Under the pieces are notes generated by a model. It was not told the DNA's origin. It saw only the letters and a program-made list of their open reading frames with translations, and made no database searches. Position numbers and translations under genes: made by a program. From Amphiscolops sp. MND2022 (lineage: Eukaryota), in assembly GCA_964187785.1 (NCBI GenBank), contig OZ076409.1:47680001-47744000 (forward strand): 64,000 nt of DNA, written 5' to 3'. This document shows positions 13,801-25,820 of this stretch, one piece after another; within the stretch, counting starts at the first letter, position 1, and each line of letters starts with the position of its first letter.

Positions 13801-16800
13801 AGACGTCAGATAAGAAATACGCAAATGTTTTTCCAGCAAAAAGATTCTCCATTTTACGAAGTGCTGAAAAGTATCAATTTCAAGACATTTTGCAGAGGAA
13901 TCTCGCAGCAAGTAATGAGAAAATGCAGGAAGTTGAATTTTAAAATCAGATGTTTTAACTGGAAAATTTTCAAATTTAGTCCCAAAAAACGTCGAAGAAC
14001 CTCCCTCGTCTTCCGAAAATTCTAAAATTCTTTTTGAGATGAAAACCACGTGAAAGCTTGTGAAGGGGTAAAAAAACAGCGTTTAAAATGAATTTGCGTT
14101 ATATCTGAATTTATGAGCTTATAAAGATTGGTAAAAAAATTTGTGTAGTTTTATTATAGCTCAATTTGAAAAAATACGGAATTAAGATTAAATATAATGG
14201 TTACATTCGGACCCCCGTCTTCTTGTCAAGACGTGAATTAATTTCGATATGAAATCAGTACTTTTGATGTAACGTTAAAAATTCTGTTTGAACGCATTTG
14301 TTTTACGTTTATACATGGTATATCAAACAAACAAGACGCCCGCTAAGCACCGGGATATTTGCTAAAAATGGAACGCATCAGCACGGGTTCGAACCCACGA
14401 CCTCGTGTCTGCCAGGCAGACGCACTACCAACTCCGACATGGTGACTAGAATTTACTAAATGGAGTAATAAAGTGGAGATTTGTAAAAAAAAACGCAACA
14501 CAGATTTTGATTTTCCTCCCCAGAAATATGTGGGCGGAAAATAATAACGCCTGGAACGGCCCAAGTCAGGCCCGCTCAGGGTTCAAAATTAGCAAAGTGT
14601 TTTGAATATGCAAAAGGACACTATAGTGAAAATTTTTATTTAAAATTCCAAAAATACCCGAAGTAAAAGATACCTATAAAACTCAAAAATATCTTTTTCC
14701 CTAACTCGAAACAACAAAAAAAATTCTCGCAAAAAGTCTCCTAGTGCCGAAAAAACCAAAAGAAGGCCCTTTAAGTTCGCAAAACACTTTTCAAACCTAG
14801 GACTTCAAATGACCCTTTGACCAAATGAAAAATTTTTGAAGTCCCACAGTGCCGAAAAAATTGTAGGACCTATCCACAGTAATTGAGAAAAATCTCATCA
14901 GTCCCACAGGACCAATGAATAACCAACGAGTTCACCTCTAAGACTCGGAAAACGGTTTTCATCAACAAAAAACCTCAAAAAACCAATAGTCTGAAAAAAA
15001 TTCTTTCGATATTTGTGAAATTTTTCAACTTTTTTCAGCTTCATCAGGAAGTCGCATGGTGCCGAAAAACCTGAAGAGGCCCTCTATGCTCGCAAAACGC
15101 TTTATGTCTTAAAAATTGAAGAAGGACTTGCAACTAACGAAAGTAAAACTTGCCATTGTAAGAGTCACTTTTCACTAGTAAAAAGCGACGACTGAACGTT
15201 ATTTGAATAGTTTTTTTGGGAAACTTAGTTGTTCTGAGCTGGATTCAAAGCCATATCTGCGCTGAAGTCTCTCGCCCGAATCACTCGACTAAGGGACGGA
15301 AATTGAAGTTGAATAATTGACAGAACTGTTGGGAAAAATAATTTTAAAAACCACTAAAAGGTTCTCCAGGACACGATTATTCAAAACAGGCATGATTTTT
15401 TTCATGAAATGGCAGAATATTTTCATGTTTGACATTTGGGGAAGCCTTGAGCAAGTCTATGCTAAGCTGAGTTTTGCCTCGATGTGTTGAACGTAAGAGG
15501 AAATGGGTTGAAATTTCCAGATCGATTGTCAGTTGATGTCCAGTTAATTTGAAACTAGTTGTGCTGATGCGAATAGTTTGCTTCTAGGATCACCAAGACT
15601 TATCAAGAATTCACTATCGAATGGCGAAACCCGAGCTGTGACAGAGGACAACGTGATGTCAAAATTATCAGAACCAGAGCAACTATCCAGAGATCACGTG
15701 AGTGGCTACTCTTAATCCAAAACCTTAGTTTGCTTTAAAAGGTTCATCAAAAAAGAGGGCCATGTACATCAATTCGGATGGATTAGTGGCACGCCTGAAT
15801 GAAAGCTGAGTAGCTGGAAATATCATTCAGAAATTCATATTTACCGCGCATTGCACAGGCCTTTCAATGAAAATTTCAAATTTTTCAAACTGTTCATACG
15901 GTTTTTATTAAATTTTTTGTACAGTCATTCTACAGTCAGAGGTGCTCCTACGTGCGCAATGGCATCAAAATCCTATGACTGGGGACTGTCCATACAATTC
16001 GAACGAAATTTTCTACAGTTATTCTTCAAGGGATAAATTTATGCGAAAGCCAAAAAAGAACTATTGCTAGTACACTCAAAATAAAGTAGAAGTATCAAAT
16101 AAACGTCTGGTTAAATTTATAATGTACTTTAGGTTTTAATAGGAACTTTAGTAGGACTTTCAACATTTCACACCTGAAACTGAAACCTGTAGCTGTTTTG
16201 ATGAAATGGATAGTCACTAGTAAACAACTCCATTCATGATATCTGTAACATTGAGTATGTATGTACCAGAAAATAGTGATACCAGGGCATGACAAAATTA
16301 GGGTGTGCAAAACTCTTCGTACTGGCAGTCGACATTAGGCCGGTATTTTGCGAAAACCCCATTTTTTGAATTGTCTCCATTTTCTGACGAAAAACTAGAA
16401 ATTCTCCGTAAAGTATTGTTTGTGCGCCATAACTTTGTTTCATTTTGATTCAAAGTGAGTTTCATCGCTGCCATGTTTGTATAGTAGCTGTCAAAATTGT
16501 GTTTTGTATTACAGACTGCTGGTGCGGGAGATGTGCCCAGGAGTGGACAGAGTCAGAACTCAGCCGAGAAACAACCATTACAAGGGCCCCCTTCCAATTC
16601 TAAAGAAGAAACTTCTCTACCCGCTGCTGCTGCTCCCCTCACACCGGAACAAGAAGCTGCATTTAAAAGGTAAAGAAATTGTAAAATACTCAAAATGTCA
16701 AGTAAATGTACCATAGTAGATACCCTTTAATCTTTGAATTTCTTTAATGAGATATAGTTTTTCAAAGATAACCAAAATGTCTAACTGTCTTGTCTATATT

Positions 16801-19800
16801 CAACACTTCGAAAATTAAATAGAAAAGTCTTTTCCATGAGGTAATGTCTATTTCTTTTAATATTAGCGGTTTCCCCTTTGATGTCAAAGATACGTGAGGT
16901 TTCATTCAGAACCTTATCATAGTTATTGCACATGACGAAGTCAATGTGCATTGCAGTCCAGCTAAGTAAGTTTTTTTTCCACTATAGTCAACTTCATAAT
17001 GAGCGCCTTTTAGACAAAAGCCAAAACCCCAGAGAGATTCGAACCTGCAGCCTCCCGATTGCACGGCATAAGTGTTGACCACTGTGCCATAGGGACGTTA
17101 TTGAACAAAGTTGAACTGTTGAATATATACGCATGCGATTAAAATAATATATATACGTATTATTATTCGGCGTCCACCCCGCGGTAATGGGGAAATTAAC
17201 TTCTTTCTCTCTCTCTCTCATATTAAAATAATCGATGTTTTCGTCATGTGTTGCGAAGCACCGCTTCGCCTCTGTGTGATCTATTGAAAGTTTTGTGTTG
17301 ATTACAGACTACAGGAGCTGGAGCGTATGTTCGACAAGAAGTTCATTCAGGGAGGAGAGAAAGCCAACAACAGTGGGTTGCAGGAGAAGCGCGCTAGACG
17401 GAAGAAACATGCAGAGGAGACAAGACGCAAAGCCCTTAGAGAGGCTGCTGAATCGGAGAACATGGACACTGTCGTGCAAGTGTATGACAACGTCATGAAT
17501 GAGATACAGGATAAAGTCAAAACTGAGGAGAAATTGCGCAAAAAGGTGACTTAGCTCCACGTGATAACCAATTCATTTTTATTAGTTTTGAGATCAAAAG
17601 AACAGGTTGGAAAAGTCTTGGAACAGGGAAGGGGATCTCGCAATTAACAATTTGAAAAATTTGTGCAAAAGTTTCTATTTCGAAGTGAATATTAGCTTCT
17701 CTTCTAAACCAAGGTGTAGACCAATAGAAAAGTGAATGGAATTTGTCTTAAAATTTTTCACTTAACTCATTCTCCTTGTTCAGTTTTTTTAGATGGAAGT
17801 GTTGATATTCAAATGGGTGGTCTATATTAAAGCTATGAATTAAATTTGGGGGGATGCCTTCGGAGAACAGTAGAAACCCAGCGGTTGAATGAATCATTGT
17901 CGTTCTTCATTAAAAAGAAAATTTATTCTGAGGGCTTCTGAAATCTTATAACAGTAGAATGCGTTTATATCGGATGACTACATAACGGAATTTGGTTTAT
18001 AATCAGGCTTAGGCGTTTCATGTTTAAACATAAAAACACATGTTTAAACATATAAGCGGCAGTTTGATGGAAATAAACATAGTGTTTTACACTTAATTTT
18101 ACATGACGCAGCGTGATTCCGAAACCCCGATTATGGACAAATTCAGAAAATTAGCGATGTTATCAATGAAATTGGGTCTGTCGGTGAAAATATGGCTCCA
18201 TATGAATTTTCCATCTTCAAACATTTGCCAATAGTCAGCGTTGAAGTGGAACGCGTATTTTCAAGACTCAATGCGGTCTTGGACCCTCATAGAAGAAAAT
18301 TTTTGGTTCCAAACTTGAAATCTGTTCTTGTTCTTATGTGGAATTCAACTGAGAGTTCCTCAGAATAAATTATAACGGACAAATATAAAAATCCTGGCTG
18401 GAGCCATGTTCATTACATGGTTTCAATTGGCTATTATATAGCGGAATTGTGTTTATAACTGACAAAAATTCCATTTCCTAAACACAAAATTTGTGTTCAT
18501 ATAACGGATCTCAACATGGTTTGAAGGCGAATAAGGATTATATTTTTGAGAAAAGCGAAGCATGGTAATACAGCGTTATGACCATATACAGCGCTCTAGA
18601 AAATAGTTGACTTTTTAACTGAACAACTTTCATTTACATGGATTCTGCATAAAGTTTATTTTCTCGAAAAAGTTTCTAACGGACTTTTTTTGTACAATTG
18701 TCCCGGCAAATCCATATAACGAAAGTTTTTATTATGGAAACATTTTTTATGTCCGATAATGTCCGTTATGAGGGCATTCTATTGTAATGATACGGAAGTT
18801 CTACTTGGGTTCTCTAGTTTTTCCGTTATAAACGCTTTTTCATATACTGCCGGTATTGGAGCAATTGGTGCAGGAAAGGATGACACCAAACCTTTAGCCG
18901 GAAACGGCCCTAAGGTTCAAAAAATTAAGCCACCTTTTCCCCAACTGGAACCTGTAAAAAAACCCATCTTGCTCAACCGAAAACCTCTTAAAAAACGAAA
19001 AATTTAGAAAATTGTCCAAAAAATGTCTCCGGTAAGTCGCATAGTGCCGAAAACCCTATGGGACCCTTTGAAGTTTTTGACATACATTGTTGCAAAATAT
19101 AAAAAAATTAAAAGGGGCTCTTTGGAGACATTTAAAAGTTTTCGAAAAAAAGTCTCACAAAGCCGAAAAAGGGACGGAAGTCTCATAGTGTCGAAATAAC
19201 ATGGAAAGGGGATCCTTCTGCTTTGGAATGGTTTTGTACTTCATGTTAGAGGCTTTGGATGCGTTCAAAATGAAGTACTAAGTACTTATGGTAAAAGTGC
19301 ACAGTGCACAAAAAGTGAGCCGATCGCGTTGAACTGACGACAAAACAACTAGCTACTGTAAGAGTCGTGCTGTTTCTTGGAAAACGCCGACTAAAAACCG
19401 ATTATTTTTGATGCACCATGAATAAGTAATAAGTGATCGTTCCTTATTGCAGATTCAGGCGGCCGAAGTAGAAATAAGAGACCTTCAAAGTGAGTTCGAA
19501 GACGAAAGACGTGATTATTTGGAGACAATTCGCAGTCAGTCAAAACAGATGCAGTTAGTGGAAGCCATTTTGGAGAAAATCCAGCCTCTGATTCAGAGAG
19601 ATTGCAACTACTACAATGTCAGGAAAATCAAACAAGATGCCAAATTCGATCTTGAGACCTCCTCCTGGAAACTTCCTGATATCCAAATGACTAAAACCAA
19701 CTTACCCAGTTTAGGTTTAATATCCCAGTTTTCCTCAAGTAGTTTTGAAAGATCAACGAAGGAGTAATGTTTGAAGTTTAGCGTTCATTCTGTTCAGCCA

Positions 19801-22800
19801 GTAATTAATTCGAAATCTCATTTCTAGTCAAGTATCATCTCATTACTATTCAATCTCAGTCCAAAGTTTGAATGCTTTCAATGAAACTTGTTGTTTGCTT
19901 TTTCGCGAAGTTCGAGACGTGAATTGGCTCAGAAATCTGTCTAGAATTGAAAGGAATAGAATATAAATTTACTCCCGGGCTTTTTTAAATCGATTGATTT
20001 CCCCAAAAATCGATGAAAAAGCGATATATTTTTTTTGTGAAAGTTTTTTTAATTACCAGTAACGGAAATCACTTTCCCTACTTCGGGTGGTTCTCAAAAG
20101 CTGAAAAGTTAGCCACAATCTAGAGTAAATGTTGGATAACACTGAGTTTTCTTATTAAGGATCGAGCTTTTTCAACGTTCCAGGGCAAGATAAAGGTGCA
20201 AATGTGGGATCTTTTTCAAGACTGGACAGAAGTAACACTAATTCACACGCCCATCCTCATAAACAAGATGCGAACGACCATTATCAACATACACAAAAGG
20301 TTAGACAACTTGTTTATTCTATCTAACTTTGGAACTCTGGTATAAAAACTTGATGATTTTGGTGAGATTACACTGAGAAAGTTTACGCCATTTTTTTAAT
20401 GAAAACGTTTCATTTTTAGCACTTCATTTCTGATTCGATAAAAATCCTCGAAATTCTAATAACTGATATACTATTGTATTGGCGTGAAACAAGTATGTCG
20501 AAAATGTTTCGAGACGAAAAAGCGTAAAAAATTGACTTTAAAAATCATTGATTTGAAATGTCAATAACTCCAGAGCTGTGAAATCTGCAACTTTGAAATT
20601 CGGGATTTTTCAAGAACTATTCAGCGGTTTGAAAAAGTTGCGTTGCCACTGCAATGCTAATGGAACTTTTGTTCGTAACTGAGCTTCTGTGTTTAGAACA
20701 AACACGTTTTATTTTGTTTGTTTTTGATATACTCCACATCTGAAAGCAGTTTTTCAGTCGGCGCTTTTCTAGAGAAAAGAGTCAACTGTAGTCATGGTTT
20801 TTCGTCAGTGTTTTTTAAAAAAAAATTTCGATACACCTGAAGTGACCAAAATAGTTCTACTCCAAAAGTTCTACAAAATTTTAAGAAGCCGCCAAATTGT
20901 ACCCGTTGGCCCAATGAACTGAACCAAAAATGTTTCCCGTGTAACATACAATACCGGACGAGACCAAAGGGTCCCCACTTTCAGGAGTTTTGCGACAGAA
21001 TGGATGTTGAAAAATCCCAAAGGGCACCCCCCCCTTTCGGTTTTTTTGGCATTGAGAATATTTTTCAAAAAAAAATCATAAAAGGATTCCCAATTCACCA
21101 ATAGTTTAACATTTTGAAGTCCTTTTGCTATTCTTGAGCTTTAGATGTGGCGCCGAGTTGGGCCGATCCCGGCTTGTTCAGAAAAGAAATGGTTTTTCGT
21201 ATGTTTTTCGATTTTGTTGATTTTATTTCTAGGTTATCCTGGAATTTTCCTGTTTTTTAACTACTCCAGACTTAACTTGTTCAAAAATCTGCTTTCAACT
21301 GGAGTAATCCTGGCAACGAGATCTTTTACCGAGAGTATCTACTTTTCCTTGAAATTCAAGGCAAATAAATATAAATTAATGGGGTTGTTTCAGTTTCACG
21401 ACGAGAATTACCACCAACAACAATTCCAGAACGATGACGTCATACAGAGTTACATGAAGCCGAAGAGAGCGCAAAGATTGTTGGAGGAAGGAGCAGGTAT
21501 TTGTTTGTAATTTCCTCCTTGTTCATTTCTGAGAGGGGCGGAGGAAGATTGAATGGAAATACATGGCTATTATGCTTGGAATTTTTTACAATGCAAATGA
21601 TTATTGAGATTTGCGAATCGATACCAAAGCATTGGGCGGCAGAGAGAGTGCAGAACAGCTGCTTTCTGATATGAGAAAAGACCCTCGGTAATCAATGTTT
21701 ATTTCCACACACGCATTTAAAAGTTGTTTGAATCCTTTTCCTTCAAATTCCCCTCCCTATTTTTTGTTTCTTTTTCTATCTTAATCCAATGAATGGAATG
21801 AAACAGCAAAGAGGCAAAAGAGCAGATGCCTTATAAATTTGACACTAAAATTGCAAATTGGTTGGAAATAGAATCCCCCCTCGAATTACCGAGTGAAAAC
21901 GGTATCAACGTGTGTGTGAGTGGGCAAATGGTTGAAGTAGACTAATAGTTGTCTAAATGAAGGCGTCTCGTATTGCATTGCGGTGAATCGCTGGTAGGTA
22001 GGTAGGTTAGTGGAACGTGCCAGACATAACGTAAATCACCAGAAGCTATCATCGACGGCCAACTTTCAGCTGAACTACACCTACACATTGCCCCCTTCCA
22101 GGGTGGCGTAGTCTTTGGCACAACGGAAGCCGCAAAGCGGTGACGGAGACAGTGCTAGTTGATGGCGCATGTTGGTGTTGGCTGCAGCAGGAAACATTTT
22201 GGCTGTTTTAAACAAATGGTTATAAATGTATCATAATTCAATACAAATACCCGGTAGCTACTACCGCCTAATCGCAGCACCACCCGAGCCACATCATGGA
22301 ACGCGAACAGCCTTACATATGCACACCAAAATTTTTGGTTCCAACAGGTTGAAAAGAAATTTTCTGTTCTCGTCAGCCTTGCGCTTTTCGCCATTGTATC
22401 TCGACTGCTTGCTTATTTTGCTATGTCGACAAGGGCGCTCCGACCCTATTTTTATTCCAGTTTTTTCTATCGTGATGTTCTGTTGTGATGACACTGCATG
22501 CCAATCCAATGCAATTCAACCGAATTCGTCGTACCGACTTTAAGCGCCGTTTCTTGTCTTTTCTAACCTATCCTCCTTGCTTGTGACATATACACGTGCG
22601 GCGAAGGGTAAAAAAGACGCGGTGAGATTGAAGATTTTGTTTTGTCCACGTGCCGCTGCTGCACAAGAAAAGTGGTTGTGGTAGTCAAGCAAAGAATCGA
22701 AATTGGGTGAAAGCAAAGAAATGAAAAGACTGACAGCATCGATTTGAACAGATTTCTTGTGTACTGAGAGCCAAAAATATTGAAGCTGACCTAATATGGA

Positions 22801-24334
22801 ATAGAACCGCTTGCTCAACCCTTCACTTTTCCCTCATTTTTAATTGCGTCGTGAACTGATAGAAGCTTCTTGTACACACTTCAGCCACCACTACTTCAAT
22901 TTTCGAACTTGACCTACCTTTTTCACTTAACGTTTCATCTTTAGTGCTCCGTTTTTGAGAAACAAAGAAATTTTATCATCTGTGCGATTTATTTTCTGTT
23001 AAGCTGTCGTCACTATTAATGTATACAATACTTTGAAGTGTGTCAGGTCCTTGTTTTAAAAAGTGACAGAAATTTGAAGAAAAAGCTGCAAATACACGAA
23101 CTTGGAAGATAAGCTGTCTCTGCCGTCTGTAAATTGCTCCAGTCGTCATTGTTTGACTATCGGGACTGTCTTTTCTCTTGCTTTTCATGAAATGTGTTAG
23201 AACCAGCCTGCCAGAGCGTGCATGTACATTTCTTGCATCATCCGAATTGAGTTCACTTGTTTGCCTTAGCTGACATCTTTATCTACGTGCACGATCCTCG
23301 GTTGTCAAATCGATTGTTACGGAATGAAGCTGAATTGATTATTGATAGGAAGAGAGTAGGCAATATCTTAAGTGAAGTCAGGTGGAGAGAAAAGACGGAG
23401 AGAGCAACGACCAGTAGAACTATCACCCGTAAACACACTTTATATCACGGGCAAATGCATTAGAAACGGAAGGGAGTATTTAGTCATAGGCTCAACACTA
23501 GTTACCAATGAAAATATCATCGTTCTGGTCCCAGTCAATCTCTTACCATTACGTAATGAGTCGATAACCATTACGCAATCGTTCAATTTCCAATTTTGTG
23601 TCTCCAACTTTCGCTCTTATAATCCTCCTTTCTTCAATTTCAAATCGTGGTTCCGAAAACTCTGCTGATCATTGCCTTCTATTTTTTGTGTTTGTTCCCT
23701 TTCAATTTTTTCACTCAAGAGTTGTTGTATCTTCATTTTCATTGGATTTCTTCTCTGCTGCCGTTGTCCGCTCACCCGTCGTTACCGTGGTTCCATTTAA
23801 TTTAATCTCTCCGCTCTATTAAATTATTCATTTCGAACCACCGCCCTTTTACACTACTCATTTTACTCTACTGCCATTGCTTCTCTTTCGTCCTTGATAC
23901 ACACAGGGAGAGAAATAACAGTTAACCGAAACAACCAGCGCACAAAAATGACCAAATGTTACTTTATTCGACGAATCTTTGGCAGGTGAGATTCAATGAT
24001 AGTTTCTGTTCTTCGAATTCTATTTGTTTCAGCTTCTCGTCACGAAAACTCACACAGAATGATGACATCACAGCAGCAATCAGCTGGATTGATTGACAAC
24101 AGTTTGTATGGGAATGGGGGAGGGGGTGTCTTGTCCTCGTCGACTCCCTCGTCCTCACGAAACCATCTTTCGTCTCTCATTGAGCAATCCTATTCTACTT
24201 CCAATCTTATATGCTCGCCCCTAGAAATGCCCAATCCCAAGAACGTTCGGCTCGAAAAACTAGATATTAATGCCGAGCGCCCGCTATCTTCCAAAAATAG
24301 GAAGAAAAAGAAGGAAAAAACTTTTGTGTCTTGA
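1592..24334 (+). CDS. KIF17: Kinesin-2 heavy chain, KIF17/OSM-3 type; 15 coding exons, about 989 aa
   Basis: Exons joined by hand with GT-AG borders and consistent phases: 1592-1816, 2182-2467, 4138-4386, 5311-5539, 7994-8169, 8247-8305, 8417-8804, 10108-10179, 15588-15697, 16515-16669, 17308-17545, 19453-19714, 20184-20299, 21394-21496, 24033-24334 (2970 nt). Motor motifs: [32 protein letters not shown]. Kinesin-2 neck [24 protein letters not shown]17-like tail blocks [46 protein letters not shown]. Confidence 0.9.
2182..2467 (+). CDS. KIF17: Kinesin exon 2 (P-loop)
   Basis: tttctag|[42 protein letters not shown]; donor G|GTTAGT. Confidence 0.95.
3462..3545 (-). repeat. (GAA)n tract next to TTTATT; possible non-LTR retroposon 3' tail on the minus strand
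   Basis: Minus strand reads AATAAA followed by about 7 (TTC) units. Confidence 0.35.
3563..4682 (+). repeat. Identical 160-bp direct repeats (3563-3722, 4523-4682) flanking kinesin exon 3
   Basis: Base-by-base identity at an offset of 960. Confidence 0.95.
4138..4386 (+). CDS. KIF17: Kinesin exon 3 (switch I/II)
   Basis: ttttag|[27 protein letters not shown]; donor G|GTTGGT; phase 1-1. Confidence 0.95.
5311..5539 (+). CDS. KIF17: Kinesin exon 4
   Basis: ctatag|[41 protein letters not shown]; donor AG|GTGGGC. Confidence 0.95.
5911..6500 (+). mobile_element. HINE-like family A copy with a tRNA-like insert at 6121-6215
   Basis: TTTTTCGTCGGCGC ... GGCGCCGACTTATGCCGATCCCGGCTTATT. Confidence 0.8.
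7994..8169 (+). CDS. KIF17: Kinesin exon 5 (neck)
   Basis: ttgaag|[43 protein letters not shown]; donor A|GTAAGC. Confidence 0.93.
8247..8305 (+). CDS. KIF17: Kinesin exon 6
   Basis: ctctag|GG ... AAT|GTAAGT; phase 1 to 0; open frame. Confidence 0.8.
8417..8804 (+). CDS. KIF17: Kinesin exon 7 (coiled coil and acidic linker)
   Basis: ttccag|CAA; same frame as ORF 8432-8815; donor A|GTAAGT. Confidence 0.85.
10108..10179 (+). CDS. KIF17: Kinesin exon 8
   Basis: ttgtag|GG CGC AAA ... G|GTGAGT; 72 nt, phase 1-1, open frame. Confidence 0.7.
12020..12472 (+). pseudogene. Cys-rich LIM/zinc-finger-like remnant in kinesin intron 8
   Basis: CLQC-x18-HYKCFTC, then CFSC and YCAIC across a stop and a frameshift. 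Confidence 0.35.
12985..13384. mobile_element. piggyBac-like MITE
   Basis: AACCCTAAATGGACC / GGTCCATTTAGGGTT inverted termini (CCC...GGG); TTAA sites degraded. Confidence 0.6.
14328..14545 (-). mobile_element. Short HINE-like family D element with a tRNA-derived segment
   Basis: Minus strand: 5' hairpin TTTTCCGCCC..GGGAGGAAAA, B box GGTTCGAACCC, 3' CCCG-N8-CGGG then CGTCTTGTTT. Confidence 0.55.
14543..15196 (-). mobile_element. HINE-like family A copy (diverged)
   Basis: Reverse-complement termini and internal GTGCCGAAAAA motifs. Confidence 0.7.
15588..15697 (+). CDS. KIF17: Kinesin exon 9
   Basis: cttctag|GA TCA CCA ... CAC|GTGAGT; phase 1 to 0, open frame. Confidence 0.7.
16515..16669 (+). 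CDS. KIF17: Kinesin exon 10
   Basis: ttacag|ACT GCT ... [17 protein letters not shown]; phase 0 to 2. Confidence 0.78.
16923..17277 (+). mobile_element. HINE-like family C copy with an antisense tRNA-like segment
   Basis: CACATGACGAA ... TTCGTCATGTG subterminal IR; 3' hairpin GCGAAGC-ACC-GCTTCGC; close match to 35688-35982. Confidence 0.82.
17308..17545 (+). CDS. KIF17: Kinesin exon 11
   Basis: ttacag|A CTA CAG; RLQELE...[23 protein letters not shown] (KIF17-like); AAG|GTGACT. Confidence 0.9.
18117..18368 (+). pseudogene. hAT-related transposase C-terminal fragment
   Basis: Open 83-codon frame [11 protein letters not shown]...[38 protein letters not shown], matching the hAT dimerisation pattern S.xERxFS; no start; intronic. 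Confidence 0.7.
18893..19397 (-). mobile_element. HINE-like family A copy
   Basis: ACGCCGACTAAAAA at 19384-19397; degraded 3' hairpin near 18895-18910. Confidence 0.72.
19453..19714 (+). CDS. KIF17: Kinesin exon 12
   Basis: ttgcag|[18 protein letters not shown]...[13 protein letters not shown]...WKLP; G|GTTTAA. Confidence 0.9.
20184..20299 (+). CDS. KIF17: Kinesin exon 13
   Basis: ttccag|GG CAA GAT ... AAG|GTTAGA; phase 1 to 0, open frame. Confidence 0.72.
20751..21178 (+). mobile_element. HINE-like family A copy
   Basis: TTTTCAGTCGGCGC ... GGCGCCGAGTTGGGCCGATCCCGGCTTGTT. Confidence 0.82.
21394..21496 (+). CDS. KIF17: Kinesin exon 14
   Basis: tttcag|[22 protein letters not shown] (KIF17 tail-like); G|GTATTT. 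Confidence 0.82.
24033..24334 (+). CDS. KIF17: Kinesin terminal exon 15
   Basis: tttcag|[20 protein letters not shown] followed by a basic tail [12 protein letters not shown] ends at 24334. Confidence 0.78.
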
Positions 24335-24590
24335 ACACTTATTTGAGCATTTAATTTAGAACAGTGTAAAGCATCATTATTTAAAGGACGATTATTGTAA
24401 CTTTAATTTCATTTCTGACTACAAAGATGTGAGTAAAAACGTGAAACAAATACTATTTGCTGAGATTAAGGTTTGAGCGAAACGTAGCTCCTTTATCAGA
24501 TAAGAATTTCATTCACTTATTAATCATGAATTAGTTTTGTTAACTGGTCGAAACGCAGCACACTGGATCCGCGTCGGAACGACTAATTAT

Positions 24591-24944
24591 CAGAGACCGT
24601 AAAAAGTTTTTACTTTTTTAAATACTTTTTTAACTTATTTTGAGTAGTTTATTTTTACTTTTTCTTTTACTTTTTTGCATAATTTGGACAAGTTACGTAC
24701 AAATTTTGCTGCAGCTGTGCAGTGGCCATTACGACACAGATATTGTACAAGCAATGATGCAATAACACTATCGCATGTCATTTCATTTCTAAGAAATGTT
24801 GCTATCGCTAGCAGTCCGAATTCAGGTTATTTCCTATTCATGCGAATAAATTGAAAATTCATCCAGAAAATCACTTTTTTTCATACTTTTTTCGCGAAAT
24901 TTTTTACTTTTTTAGCAAATGTTTTTACTTTTTTACGGTCCCTG
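24591..24944. mobile_element. hAT-type MITE
   Basis: TIRs CAGAGACCGTAAAAA / TTTTTACGGTCCCTG; 8-bp TSD CTAATTAT (24583-24590, 24945-24952). Confidence 0.88.
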
Positions 24945-25080
24945 CTAATTATCAACGTCAGCGGAACGACCAGTGGTGTTTTTGACAATCGTGATTTCTT
25001 GTATGCGAGTTAAATCAGGAATTAGATTGACAGTCGGGACCAAAACACGCATTGACTATTGAAGGGTTTTCTGATAAACG

Positions 25081-25483
25081 TTTTTAGACAGCGTGTTTTC
25101 GTTTTAAAGAAAAATTCCCGACTATAGCAGTGACCTTTTTTTCTTCAGACTGAAATCCTCACACTGATCGGTCCACTTTTTGGAAACAATCCTGAAACCA
25201 CCTGAGGCCAAGTCCGGCCAAGGCAAACTTAGTCCAAAGGGTCCCCTTTCATTTTTTACATTTAAACGTAACCTCAATGTCCCCAAAGGGTCCCGCCTTC
25301 GAGTTTTTTGTCATTTTGCAACAAAATGTATGTTTATAAATCAAAAAGGGTCCCCCTTTTACATTTTTCGGCACTATGTGACATTTTTCGAAAGAAAAAA
25401 ATTTAAAGTTTTTTCCCAAAAAAAATGTTTTGCGCTTTTTGAGCCTTACATATAGCGCCGACTTTAGACGTTCTCGTCTTGTT
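25081..25483 (+). mobile_element. HINE-like family A copy
   Basis: 3' end TATAGCGCCGACTTTAGACGTTCTCGTCTTGTT. Confidence 0.8.
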
Positions 25484-25820
25484 TTGATATCCGGGATTCA
25501 ATCGATCATAACACTGGGCATTTTAAAAAAACGGTTCTCATAGTTGACTCAAAAATTGAGGCTCTTTTTGGAAATCTGGTTCTAATCACAGTGAAAAGTC
25601 AGGAAATTGCAATCAATTTGTAACTTGAAAAAAGCAATTCACAATTCCAAAAGCAATTACAGAAAGAGGACGTGGTCAGATCTGTCTTTCAGGCTAATTC
25701 GATGACAAATTTTGTTTTTCAAACTGTTTTTGATGAGCAGATTGAAAAAAGATTAGCAAAAAAGTAATATTATGATCATATGACCCCTAGAGGAGCTCCA
25801 AGGGTTAAATTCATTTTTAA

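Noticed and set aside
14383..14445. Functional tRNA genes here and at 17033-17090, 35801-35857, 6121-6200, 31510-31578
   Set aside because: A/B boxes are present but acceptor and anticodon stems do not pair, and all lie inside repeats.
21609..21687. Extra kinesin exon ([26 protein letters not shown])
   Set aside because: Poor acceptor (GAG, no pyrimidine tract) and an exit phase that does not fit exon 15; cannot be supported without transcripts.
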